A stretch of DNA of 64,000 nt from Okamejei kenojei. Its lineage: Eukaryota. Positions 1 through 11,305 of this stretch are shown piece after piece. The stretch's first letter is position 1; every line of letters starts with the position of its first letter. The position numbers were made by a program, and so were the translations under genes. The notes under the pieces were generated by a model. That model worked only from the letters and a program-made list of their open reading frames with translations. It made no database searches and was not told where the DNA came from. The stretch lies in contig CM069134.1 of assembly GCA_035221665.1 (NCBI GenBank), forward strand, positions 23,064,001 through 23,128,000. Reading direction: 5' to 3'.

Positions 1-2982
1 GTTCATTGGTTAGCTCCCTTCTTTCATTGTCTTTAGTATCTGCTTGGTTCTCGAAACTCTTTCGGGCTTTCTGACGGGCATTTTGGAACCACACAACAAT
101 TACTCGTGTAGGTAGGTTTAGAACTGTGGATAACTGTTCTATTTCATCATCTTTTGGATAAGCATTAGTATCAAAAAAGTCCTGCAGAACCCTCAACTGG
201 TAGTCAGTGAATCGAGTCCTGGATGAGCGTTTATTTATTGTACCGTCAGTCCTGTAGTATTCTCCCGGACTAAAATAAGTATCATTTCTGGATTCTTCCA
301 GTGTGGTTATAGGTGGATTGTTGAAGTTGTATGGTGAATCCTTGTTTCTTTGTCTCTCTTTAAAGAGAGTGTTGCGAAACCAATGTTTAATGACTTTCTG
401 AGGAAGTCCTGATTTTTCAGACATTTCTTGGATCTGTTCTTCAGACGGTGAATTATTAATGTCAAAATAATTCCGCAAGATCTTGAGTTGGTCATCTGTG
501 ATTCTCGTGCGTGGGCGTTTGAATTGGTGATGCCTCAGGAAATTAGGGTCCAAGCCCAACTGCTGTTGGCAAAGCTGAGTGAGGTCTGCAGATAGAGACT
601 CCATGGTCGGTAGTTGCAACGTGAGCTGGGGTGGCAAAGAGGAATGCTGCATCATGACCGGGGAGAAGAGAGGCAGATCCAGGGCCATGGGCATCTGAAC
701 CTGGGATTGAGAGGAAGGAGGAGGAGGAGGGGGGGGTGGGGGAGGTGGAGGAGGTGGTGGCGGTGGGGGTGGTAATGGAGATGGGACGGACGTTTGGAGT
801 TTGCCACTCCCCGTTGAGGGAGGTGGTGGTGGTGGAGGAGGAGGAGGAGGAGGAGGAGGAGGAGGAGGAGGCGGTGGAGGTGCTGGCGATTCCGGTGAGG
901 ATGGTATTACCGGATATAGCTTATCATATGCTTCCCTATAGTGACATGCAAATATTTCCAGCTCTCCAAATGGGAAAAACTGACAATGTATATGCTCCTG
1001 GTGACTCTTCAGAATAAGTATGTTTGAAAATAGTTTGCCGCACGCCTCACATTCAAGTTTGTCTGTCCTCTCACTCTCGCCATTCTTGTTTCTCTTCTGG
1101 ACTTTCTGCTTATTTTCATTGAACTGGATGACCAACTCAAAGCCAAAATTTTCCAGTAAAGCCTTTGCTGCATTGCCTCTCACACCAGATGGAATACGAG
1201 GTGGTGGAAGCATCAGTTCCACTGACTTCTGCTTTTTAAGCTCTTTGTTCTCTTTGGAAGCATCGCATTCACTTAAAAAATCATGGTGCACCTTACTGTC
1301 TATTGCTTCCATTTGTTCCTCACCGTCTTTCTGCGAATAAGCGTCTTTCTGGGTTCCTGTTGAATTGAAAACATTTTGTTCCTGCTTTGTTGGTTTAACT
1401 ACTTGCTGCTGCTGTTTTTGTGACAGTTGCTGTGACTGCATGGCTTGGTGTTGTTGGCCATACTGTTGCTGGATTTGCAGCAAGTGTTGTCCTTGTACCT
1501 GTTGCTTCAGGTCGTCCAGCAATGATCCTGTCATCGCAGATAATCCAAAGGCCCCAGTGCCAGGCAAACCCGGCTCTGAGTTTAGATTGAATTCAGTGCC
1601 TGGCAGGTAAAAAGGAAAGAGGAACTGTGGCTGTTGTAACTGCAGCAAGGCTTCGGCTGTCATTGGGAAGTGCGGCAACAATGCTGGGTTTAGGAACTGA
1701 GGCTGAAAGAAAGCAGCTTGTTGCTGCAGCTCGTGGTGCAGATGCATTTGTGCCTGTGCTTGTGCCAGGGCCTGAGCTTGTGCCTGGGCCTGGGCCTGGG
1801 CCTGAGCCTGAGCCTGAGCCTGGGCCTGGGCCTGTGCTTGGTCCTGGGCCTGTGCTTGTGCTGGTGAATGAGGGTGATGGTGGGCAGAATGGGGTGAAGT
1901 AGTATCACTTAACTGTTTCTTGATTGTTTCTTTGATATCTGCATTGGTGTCTTTATTACTAACTGATGCCTTCCCGTGAGAATCTGCAGTCATTTGACCA
2001 GTGGCAGGCCCGCTGGTGCTGTTGCTAACACTACTGTTTCCACTTCCAGTGCCACAATTGCTAGCTTCCAGTTTGGCTGCCCTTGCTTTTGTCTGGTGGA
2101 GCACAGATCTCATATGTATTTCCAATGTTGAGCTTTGGCTGTAAGCAACATTACAAGTGTTGCACTTGAAGGGCTTGTTATCTACGCTGTTGCTGGATTC
2201 TTGTGGAACTGGACTCGATGCCTCTTGGAGAACTTTTTTTAGTTTGTGCAGATGAGATACTGAATTATAGTGAACCAAGAGAATGTTCTTCTGAGTGAAA
2301 GACTCTTTGCACACCGTGCACTTATAAGGTCGAGAAGGATCTAAAAACTTTTCCATTGTAAAATTTGGACCTTTACGGAAAGGCAGTGTTCGCTTTGGTT
2401 CTGCACTTAAATCATCTAGAATGGAGCTACTGTCACTTCCTGCTGGGCTGACTTTCCCATCCTGCTCCATTTCTTCCTCTTTATCCATTTCCTGTCCTAG
2501 GATGTTATCGTCCTGACTGATGATGTCATTTTCTGACCAGAACTCCCCATTCACGTGATAACTCCCACAAATCTGTTGTACCTCTGACTCGCTTAGTTCA
2601 GGATGACTGGTTTCTAAATGTCTCTTTAAAGCCAGGAAAGTACGGAAGCTGCGCTGACACAAGCTGCACATGGTGGCAGCCCGGATGGCATGATACTGAG
2701 AATGAATCTGAAGTTTCTGCATGGTCTTGAAAGCCAGACTGCATTGACTGCAGCGATACTTGTACACATGCCGATCAGATACGGGCAACTGTTGCCTTTT
2801 CTGAAGTTCGTTGAGTTGATCTTGCAAAGAATCGGAAATTTTAAACCGTTGACTTCCATCCTTCTTCCAATCAGCTGGATCTGAAGATTCCTTTGGCACT
2901 TGCTGCTCCTCGGGTTTTGACTCACTTCCAGACTTGGAGCTGTCCGAGACCATATAAAACCTTCCCTCTGATGAAAATTCAC
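1..2982 (-). CDS. ZFHX4: ZFHX4 large coding exon (partial; continues beyond window start): 5 C2H2 zinc fingers, AQ repeat, poly-Pro, homeodomains 1 and 2
   Basis: Acceptor ttttattgaacag|GT at 2982 (phase 1). Manual translation gives [192 protein letters not shown] and [47 protein letters not shown] and [14 protein letters not shown] match ZFHX4 rather than ZFHX3 as recalled. Absent from the ORF track because no stop lies inside the window. Confidence 0.96.
53..232 (-). other. ZFHX4: Homeodomain 2 coding segment of ZFHX4
   Basis: [59 protein letters not shown] with WFQN motif. Confidence 0.93.
341..520 (-). other. ZFHX4: Homeodomain 1 coding segment of ZFHX4
   Basis: [60 protein letters not shown]. 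Confidence 0.93.
716..880 (-). repeat. Two coding poly-proline tracts (P19 at 716-772, P21 at 818-880)
   Basis: (NGG)n triplets on plus = CCN codons in the ZFHX4 frame. Confidence 0.92.
1748..1861 (-). repeat. Coding hexamer repeat, 19 units, encoding (AQ)n
   Basis: Plus-strand units ctgggc/ctgagc/ctgtgc/ttgtgc; in frame 17 AQ + one DQ + one AL. Confidence 0.93.
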
Positions 2983-3799
2983 CTGTTCAATAAAAAAAAA
3001 TATTGTAAGATGTGATTCCAAAACACTATAACTCTCCCTAAATTTCCCACCAGAGGCTGAAAGTGAGTTCCACGCCTCTTTTTATGCAGAAACCATTGCA
3101 AATGTCTCAAGAACAACATATTATTGTTTACTGTGATATGGCTATAAGTAACGACACAAGCTCATTCCCTGTCATCTTTCAAACGATTTAAGGACATTGA
3201 TTGATTTATAGAGTGGAAACTAAGCCTGAGAGAATGGCAAGAGAGATTGTTCAGATCGAAAAGGGCAAATTTCAAGCCTTTTTGTGCCTGTTCCTGGAGG
3301 CTTTTGAATTTTTGCTTTGAACAGGACATGACTGCTCATACCTAATATGGATTGGTTTACAAGGGTAATTTGAAAACTCTCCAGTCAATGAGTTGAAAAT
3401 GTGGGGACCCAAATTTTATCCCAGATTACAATTCCACTTTTAGGGTAGAATATCTCTATTGTAATATTTGATATCAATTAAAAGCTCATTTGCCAGTTTC
3501 ATCAAAAGGCTCTAGTTGGTACAAATGCAACAAACCTTCATCCTTGCCAGTTGTGAATTGTGGTTTCAAAATAGAACCTTCAAATTTTAAGGCAATAGTG
3601 AAATACAAATATATTGAAAAAAATAATTGTTTAAAGATGTCCCAAGATTTTTCATAACCCTTAATAATTTTGGTTATGTGACTCTAAAACCCAGGAAGAA
3701 TATCTTGTGATTTTGTTCAGCAGAATGTTGCTCTTCTTACCCTCATAATATGCATGAAGCACGGAACCTTTAATTTACTTCAAACAAATTCACTTTCCT

Positions 3800-4250
3800 C
3801 ACTCTGGGACAATATCGTCTTGTTGGAACTGACAGTGCCGTGGGAGGACGGTCTGGAGGTTGCCCACGAGAGGAAGATGACCAAGTATGAAGGGCTGGTC
3901 ATAGACTGCCGTAAGCAGGGCTGGAAGGCAAGGTGTATGCCCATTGAGGTTGGCTGCAGAGGTTTTGCAGGGCAATCGCTCCACTTGAGTGCAATGGGCA
4001 CCAACGGAGTGGCGAGCAGAATAGCCATCAAGAACACCACAGAGGCAGCGGAGAAGGCTTCGAGATGGCTTTGATATATCAGGAGAGAAGGTCCATGGGG
4101 AGGAGCGAATGCCACCTGAACACGTCATGGTCTGATCAATCGCGGCTGGGTCGCCTGGGCGAGGGTGTCTGATGCTGAAAGACCCGAAACACCCAATGAC
4201 CCCAGGTTACATCACTGATGATGTGTTCATGAGCATCACTAGATGTATTT
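3800..4250 (+). mobile_element. 5'-truncated RLE-type (HERO/NeSL-like) non-LTR retrotransposon 3' end
   Basis: ORF 3754-4074 contains IVLLELTVPWE..AHERKMTKYEGLV..C..GWKA..PIEVGCRGF, a restriction-like endonuclease C-terminus, followed by a structured 3' UTR. Confidence 0.8.
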
Positions 4251-4660
4251 TTTTAATCAAAATGAGGTGCATTTCTAAATTATCGGTGGAAAGCAAGTAA
4301 CCATATCCACAATGTCTTACTCATTGGTAGCACCATATAATAGAGGAATCCAAAAAAGTAAACAAAAAGACTCTTTCGTATTTTGAAACTTTGACAGTCA
4401 ACTCAAACTTATACAAAAAATGTGAAATCTACAAAGTATTTACTTGAATACAGAGAAGTATTGAATAGGAGCTGCCAAAATGAGCAAGTCTCTAAATATA
4501 TTATGTAACTTTATGAAATGCAACTATTTAGTATTTAGGTCAAGTAGAATGATATAAAGACATTAGTAATCTCTAATTCAGGCCCATGCTTATGTTCTTG
4601 GCCATTGGTAAACGAGAACCTGATGTATGGCTCACACATAGTGGCAATTGTCAATAGGTG

Positions 4661-4962
4661 GGGCAGCGCAGTAGTGTAACGGGAGTGTTGCTGCCTTACA
4701 GCGCCAGAAACCAGGATTCAATCCTGACTACGGGTGCTGTCTGTAGGGATTTTGTACGTTCTCCCTGAGAACGCGTGGGTTTCCTCCAGATGCTCTGCTT
4801 TTCACCCACACTCCATAGACGGACAGGTTTGTTGGTTAGCTGGTTCCGGTAAAAATTGTAAATCGTCCCTGATGTGTAGGATAGTGCTAGTGGGCAGGGT
4901 GATCGCTGGTCAGCGCGGACTCGTCGGGCCAAAGGGTCTCTTTCTGTGCTGTATCTCTAAAG
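4661..4962 (+). mobile_element. V-SINE (HE1-like)
   Basis: tRNA-like head (B-box-like ggattcaatcc), V-domain ttgtacgttctccc..gcgtgggtttcctcc, CR1/HER1-like tail gggccaaaggg..gtgctgtatctctaaa. Confidence 0.8.
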
Positions 4963-5158
4963 TATAAAAGTACAGCAAAGCATATCTCTTCCCACTTAAA
5001 TATATGTTGTTGAAGCGCACCAGAGGGATCAGTCATGGCAGCGAAAGATGTTAAACATCTAAGATCATAATTCTACCAGCTGGCTTATTTATTACACTGC
5101 TCTCATACAAGCCATTTACGATGTAGAAAGCTGGCATCTGTTTCATAAAAGAGCTTAC

Positions 5159-5279
5159 CAGATGGTTGACATGATTCTTCCGCTGTCACTGTTGCAGTAT
5201 TGCTGAGGAAACACTGCAGTTTCTCAGAACCAGTGGAGGGCAATATGCTGGTGGAGTTCATTCCATCTGGAAGAGATAC
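5159..5279 (-). CDS. ZFHX4: ZFHX4 internal exon (121 bp)
   Basis: ttttttaaag|GTA...TCT G|gtaagc; VSLPDGMNSTSILPSTGSEKLQCFLSNTATVTAEESCQPS; phases 0/1 fit the neighbouring exons. Confidence 0.88.
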
Positions 5280-5340
5280 CTTTAAAAAAGACACGAGATT
5301 ATGTGATATATCAACATAAAGACATTACACAAACAACTGA

Positions 5341-5526
5341 AGGTAGACACAAAATGCTGGAGTAACTCAGCGGGACAGACAGCATCTCTGGAGAGAAGGA
5401 ATGGGTGACGTTTCGGGTCGAGACCCTTCTTCTCTGCAGAGATGCTATGCTGCCTGTCCCGCTGAGTTACTCCAGCATTTTATGTCTACCTTTGATTTAA
5501 ACCAGCATCTGCAGTTCTTTCTTACA
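5341..5526. mobile_element. Inverted pair of Penelope-derived short repeats
   Basis: gtagacacaaaatgctggagtaactcagcgggacag... mirrored by ...ctgtcccgctgagttactccagcattttatgtctac; same sequence as the 3' end of the Penelope fragment at 55640-55770. Confidence 0.75.
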
Positions 5527-6247
5527 CAAACAACTGTGGTATTTATTGATGGGAAAACCTTTTACATCTGGATGACACATTTTTCAGGAAATCATTCCAT
5601 GCGTTCTTTTATCAAAGGAAAAGTCACGGATTGGATTATTTTTTGCCAATGGAAAAGATGGAAAAAAATTCCATTGATTCTACCTTCATGTAAAACATCA
5701 ATCAAAATATCAACTAATGGACTTTGTATAATTTGAGGGATTCAAAGAAGGGTATTAGCACTGATAGAACAAATGAGCTAACCAGCTTTTTTGTTGCCTC
5801 AATATAGACTGGATATAGATTTGGAAATAGAGTAGACATTGGTCCCACCCATTGAATAACTATTTTTGGCAATTAGTTCCTAGATTTTGTGGGTGGAATG
5901 CAGATGGTGTTATAAGGATGAGGGGTGGGGGTTATTTGTTGGATAGGCGATTATGTTACTTTTTATTGTAACAGAGAACTATAAACGTATCCTCTGAGCT
6001 GATGAGTTGAAAGTGTCGTTCAGTTCACATTTGACCAGGAGGCGTCACATATTTTATTTTCATAATCTACAGCCTGCAACTATAATGCTTTTCCCTTCAC
6101 AAGATACCATTGCAGCTGTTGTGCCAATCATAACAATTTTTCATTATTTATTTTGGGGATCTGGGCGTTGCTGGTATGGTTAATATTTATTGGTGGCGGT
6201 GAGCTGCGGCCTTGAACTGCTGAAGTTGTGATAAAAGCGGTGCCATT

Positions 6248-6560
6248 GTCAAAGAGTCAAAGAGTCAAAAGAGTTTATTGTCATGTGTCCCTGACAGGAC
6301 AATGAAATTCTTTCTTTGCATAGCACAACAGAACATAGTAGGCATTGACTACAGTTATATACCTAAATACACACATTAATTAATAAATTAATAAAGTGCA
6401 AATAACAGATGGAGGGGTATTAATGTTCAGAGTTTTGTCCGAGCCAGGTTTAATAGCCTGATGGCTGTGGGAAAGTAGCTATTCCTGAACCGGGTTGTTG
6501 CAGTTCTCAGGCTCCTGTAGGTAGCAGGGAGATGAGTGTGTGGCCAGGGAGGTGTGGATA
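6248..6560 (-). mobile_element. LINE 3' fragment (Rex1/L2-like) with short tandem tail
   Basis: (gtcaaaga)n tail next to tttattgtcatgtg; related tails at about 8170, 9260, 34300 and 36815. Confidence 0.55.
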
Positions 6561-7195
6561 GGAAGTTCCACGGTTTTGACCAATTTTTTTACTTGCAATG
6601 CTTTTACTTATTATCACGTAAAGGAAGGAATGTCCCCTGATTACCAAGTTACCACCAACCTTTTCTAAAAATCCTGAGAACCCTATTTAGTAATAATCAC
6701 ATGAATCTGCCTTGTTAGGTACTAAGTCAGCAAAGGGCAGCTGCAAGGCATTATCCACTATAGGTACCTGTAGCTATGTACCACCTGTGTAAAGAGACAA
6801 TGGTAATCAGCTACAATTTAGCCCCACTTCATTACCAGCTCGCTAGAGTCTGAAACCAAGTTCACCACTTCTCTATGGTTTCTGCCTCTTATCTCTGCTC
6901 TTGCTGCTGCTTCTTATTTCATCTACTGACTTCAATTTTGAGACAACATTTATAAATCCCATTTTATCAACTACCCATTGAAAGTCTATATTCACAAAAT
7001 CAACCAATCCAGCTTTACCAGCAATCGCTTAATCAAAGTATTCTATCAAATTTGTCAGCAGAATTTGCCTTCAACATGTCTGTTATGGCAGTCATGATTG
7101 TGTGTATGTTCACATACTTTTGGTTATTAAAATAAATGAATAATTGTGTTACTTTGGTGGGTTTTCAGTCCAACCATCAATTAATTACTCTGCAG

Positions 7196-7196
<1 letters not shown>

Positions 7197-7233
<37 letters not shown>
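7197..7233. repeat. Poly-G run (37 nt)
   Basis: Direct reading. Confidence 0.95.
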
Positions 7234-7234
<1 letters not shown>

Positions 7235-7429
7235 GTAAAAATCTCTATGTTCAGACCAAGTCATTAACCTTTTTAATTGGAATATATCACATTGCCAGAA
7301 AGGATTTAAAAGCATGATTGGAATTTGTTTTGAATTTCCCAGTCTACAAATTCTATTTGATGATACTGTAGATGAATCTGCTGTATGTACAGTCAACAAT
7401 GATATAACATTCACTTGTAAAAAACCCAC

Positions 7430-8192
7430 CCGGTGGCTTCAGCATTGGCTACCTCGCCAACAGTCTGTCCTTTCCTTCTTTGTGTTTTAATTGTATGTGA
7501 TAAATGTACGCTTTTAGTGTTCTTTAGCTTTTTTTACGTGGTGGGGGGGGGGTTGGGGGAAACCTTTTCGAATCTTTTACCTTGACGGAGGTGCGATTTT
7601 TTTCCATATCGTATCTCCGTCCACACTGTGGGCCTGACATCAAGGAATTGGCAGCCTTTGCTGGAGACCGACTTCTGAGAGCTCCACCGCGGTCGCCTGT
7701 GGACTTACCATCGCGGAGCTCACGATCCCTTTGCCAGGGGTTAACCTCGGAGCTTGCAATCCCTTTGCCAGGAGTTAACCTCGGAGCTCCAACCGTGCTT
7801 GCAGACTTAACATCACAGAGCCCTCGACTTCAGAGACCGACTTCGGGAACTCCAAGTCGCGAGAGTTTCGACCGCCCCGACGCGGGAGTTACGATCGCCC
7901 CGATGCAGGAGTTTTAATCTCCACGACACGGGGGCTTCAACCGCTGGCTGCGGGAGCTTTGATCGCCCATCGGATGGTTCGACAGCACCGAACGCGGGAG
8001 AATAAAGAGGAAGAAGATTGGAATTTTTTGCCTTCCATCACAGTGAGGAATGTGGGGAATCTGCCGTGGTGGATGTTTATGTTGACTTTTATATAGTTGT
8101 GTGCCTTGTTGCTTTTTTTTTTCATATGGCTCTATGGTAATTCGCATATCACTGCACCTTAAATGGTACGTGACAATAAAAGACCTTTGAAA
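7430..8192 (+). mobile_element. GC-rich non-autonomous retroelement with internal subrepeats and LINE-type tail
   Basis: CpG-rich body with repeated atccctttgccaggrgttaacctcggagct and gagaccgacttc units; ends gtgacaataaaagacctttga. Confidence 0.55.
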
Positions 8193-8399
8193 CAAGTAAC
8201 AAACATTTTCTTGTATAAATATTTCAAGTTAGAAATTATGTTATATGGTATAGGAACTGTTGGTTTTTTGTGGGTTCTGCAGTAGAAGTGTTGGTGTGGT
8301 TTCTTGGCTCGGGGTTGGTCCAGAACAATTTGCTGAAGATATTTATGCTTCCAGTTACTAGGCATAAATGTCACCAATGTGTCCTGAACCAACAACTTT

Positions 8400-9270
8400 A
8401 CAACATTGAAACTACAGCCAAGATAGAAAACCCGACACCTCGTCTTGCTCAGAAGACTAAAGGGCCTGTCCCACTTGGGTGTCATTTACATGACACCATT
8501 TATGCGTCACAAGGCACGATGCGTGCATCGTGACACGCATGTGATGCGCGCATGGCGTGCATTACGCGCGCATGGCGCGTGGTGAGGCGTGGTGGCATAG
8601 GCAGCGTTGCACGGCCGCCCCCGGATTTTGGGATTCACAAAATCTTCGTGCGCCACCTGCGCAAATGACGCCCAAGTGGGACAGGCCCTTGAGGAAGTCC
8701 AGCACGCCTCCAATGACTCTTACTAACCTCGACAGGAGCACAGTAGAAAACGTCCTATCGGGATGCCTTGTAGCTTGGCTCTGTCCAACACTACAAGAAA
8801 TTGCAGAGTTGTGGATGTAGCCCAGTCCTTCACACAGACCGGACACCTCGTTCGTATCCCAGTGACACCATCACGCTGCCTCGGGTAATCAGCCGACATA
8901 ATGAAGAACCATTTCCAACCCAATCACACCTTTTTCTTCCCTCTCCAGTCAGGCAGAAAATATAAAAGCTTGAAAATATGTACCACCAAGAACAGCTTCA
9001 TCCACACTGTTAGGAGGCTACTGCACTGTCCTCATAACTCGGGTGTAGTCCCAGTCTCCCTCCCTATCTCACTGCAGGCCTTGCAATGTACATTTATCTG
9101 CATGTTCTTAATGCTATAAATGGTGTACACCTGATTCTGCACTCTGATAATTTCCTTTTTGTTTTCTCTATTGTACTTGGGTATGGCTTCATTGTACTCG
9201 TATGTATGATTTGACTGGATGACACATGAATAAAAGTTTTTCACTGTATTTCAGTGCATGTGACAATAAT
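8400..9270 (+). mobile_element. Decayed Rex1/L2-like LINE 3' region, interrupted by a MITE
   Basis: Reads LLRRL|RK..MTLTNLDRSTVENVLSGCLVAW, later LQSGRKYKSLK..TTKNSF; ends gcatgtgacaataa. Confidence 0.65.
8461..8689. mobile_element. PIF/Harbinger-type MITE
   Basis: TIR agggcctgtcccacttggg ... cccaagtgggacaggccct; flanks taa/tga. Confidence 0.8.
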
Positions 9271-9330
9271 CAACCAATCTACCTATCTACCTACCTACCT
9301 ACCTATCTATCTGTCTACCTATCTATCTAT
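9271..9330. repeat. (CTAC/CTAT)n tetranucleotide microsatellite
   Basis: Direct reading. Confidence 0.85.
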
Positions 9331-10359
9331 AACCAAAACTCTGATCTTGTTATCTTCCGGTTTGGCGGTCTTTCTAATTGCGCAAAAACGATTTGCGATA
9401 ACGCTACGATTTTTCGCCCGTTCACTCACCGTTCTCCTGTGCTGCGAGTCCACCAAGTTTTGTTCTGATCAGTTGAATGTTGTAAAAGTTAGCGAAGTTT
9501 AAAAATCTTAAAAACCACGCTTGCGCAGATCGATCTCTTCTCCTGCCAGTCAGCGCTGCACAGATTGGTCTCTTCCCCGTCACTTCCCGGGACGGTCCGC
9601 CCCTTCCTACGCCATTGCGTCTTTACTGGAGCTGAGGAAAGCCGGTGGAAGTTTCCAACCGGACCTTCGGAGAAACCCGAAGCAGCCCAGCCCAGCCCAG
9701 CCCCAAGCAGCCCAGCCCAGCCCAGCCCCAAGCAGCCCAGCCCCAAGCAGCAGCACAGCCCCAAGCAGCAACCGGAGACCCGACCCAGCCCAGCCCAGAC
9801 CAGCCCATAGTCGGAGACCCAGCCCAGCCCAGAGTCAAAGATGTCACCAATGTCGCCAAACAGAAAGTGGAGACTCTGATCGGAGTAGAACGGAGTAGAA
9901 TGGCCAACGCCCAATGTGAGTCCCATCGCACCGCCAACCACCCACTACCCCTCTAGTCCCCCTCGCTGGCTCCCCCTGCCCATCCCCCACCCCACATCCC
10001 CCCGCCACCCCCCCACCACACCACACCATCCTCTTCCCCCCGTACACCTCCCCGACCACACACACCGCTCTTCCCCTCCCCTCCCACCCCACACCCCCCC
10101 CCCCCCCCCCCCCCCGCTGCACACCCTACTTCCCTCCCCTCCCCTCCTCCCCACTACACATGAAGAGGAGGGGGAGGGATTGCTTGGGAATGAGGGGAAA
10201 TGAGCCGCACCTGCGCAGTTCCGGGCTCTGGGTGGAATATTACGTTGGGTGAATGGTTGCGTTGGGGGAACGGGTGAGTGGTGGAATATTGCGCTGGGGA
10301 AAGGGGTGCGTTGGGGTACCAGGCCTCCTGTGTGAGTGGGACCCAACGGTCTAGTCTAG
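9326..10359 (+). mobile_element. Non-autonomous Helitron-like element
   Basis: 5' tctat..aaaa start, 3' gggacccaacggt ctagtctag|t end, no TSD; CpG-rich body with (CAGCC)n at about 9683-9830 and a C-rich tract at about 9940-10155. Confidence 0.6.
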
Positions 10360-10493
10360 TGTAAACTAATTCTAATAGCAATTATTGGAAAACATTATAC
10401 GTTGGTGTAGTTTTATAAATTACATTCAACCTATAGTTCACAACCACTAATATTAAATATTTATTCAATGTCATGTGATTAAAAACATTATGT

Positions 10494-10772
10494 AATCATA
10501 GAGTTATACAGCATGGAAACAGGCCTTTTGGTCCATGTCATCCATGTTGACCAAGATGCCACATCTAAGCTAGTCACATTTGGCCATGTTTGATCCATAT
10601 GTCTCTTAAAATTTCCTATCCATGTACCTATCAAGAAAAGACAAGATGAAATTGTAAGACGAACCCAATGATAGAATTTGTAATTATGATTGGGGATGAT
10701 CAGCTATGATCACATTGAATGGCGGTGCTGGCTTGAAGGGCCGATGGCCTACTCCTGCACCTGTTGTCTATT
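10494..10772. mobile_element. Two CR1/HER1 3' fragments (minus 10494-10635, plus 10695-10772)
   Basis: Tails tacagcatggaaacaggcc and gaagggccgatggcctactcctgcacct. Confidence 0.7.
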
Positions 10773-11019
10773 GAAAAATGGAAAGCCACGTAAAGCTTGT
10801 ACTTAATTTCCTGTGGTTTCACTTTGGAAATGGCATATAATCCTTCCAAGAGTGAATTAGTGTTTGTTATCCTTGAACACCTAATAGTACGATGTTATAA
10901 GTTGAAATAAAATTAAGTAGTTGTAGAACATGTATGAAAGTGCTATCGCCTCTAGTTTGCATTGAGCGACTTGCTTTAGTTTCCTCTTCTATTTCTTCTT
11001 CGTAGAAACAAAGAACTAC

Positions 11020-11305
11020 ATTCATTGATTAATATACAAAAGAACACAAAGTGTTGGAGTAACTTAGCAGGCCAGGCAGCATTTCTGGACATGGATAGGT
11101 GACATTTTGGGTCACCCTTCTTCAGACTGTTTGTTGGAGGGGGTTCGAGAAAGCTGGAAAAGAGGAGAGGCGGGACAAAACAAGGCAACATAGGAGTGGG
11201 TTTTTTTTTTTGTTCTTCAAAATGTAAAAACAAAGAACTGCAGATGTTGGTTAATGATAGGTGGATTAGATGGGTGGATGTTTCAGGTGGGGACCCTTCT
11301 TCAGG
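11020..11305 (-). mobile_element. Two Penelope-derived short repeats
   Basis: gtgttggagtaacttagcagg..cccttcttcagact and gaactgcagatg..tttcaggtggggacccttcttcag. Confidence 0.65.

Noticed and set aside
736-1908. ORF-track peptides with poly-E, poly-C, (PG/PE)n and (RP/RL)n
   Set aside because: Antisense or off-frame shadows of the ZFHX4 poly-Pro, poly-Gln and AQ codons.
1-2982. Assignment to ZFHX3 or ZFHX2
   Set aside because: Diagnostic segments ([40 protein letters not shown]) match ZFHX4 as recalled.
4661-4740. tRNA-like A/B boxes (also near 17400, 45045, 52070)
   Set aside because: SINE heads continuing into V or Deu domains; no cloverleaf.
9489-10381. Many overlapping Pro/Gly-rich ORFs
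   Set aside because: Arise from low-complexity GC-rich repeats inside the Helitron-like element; no domain or splice support.
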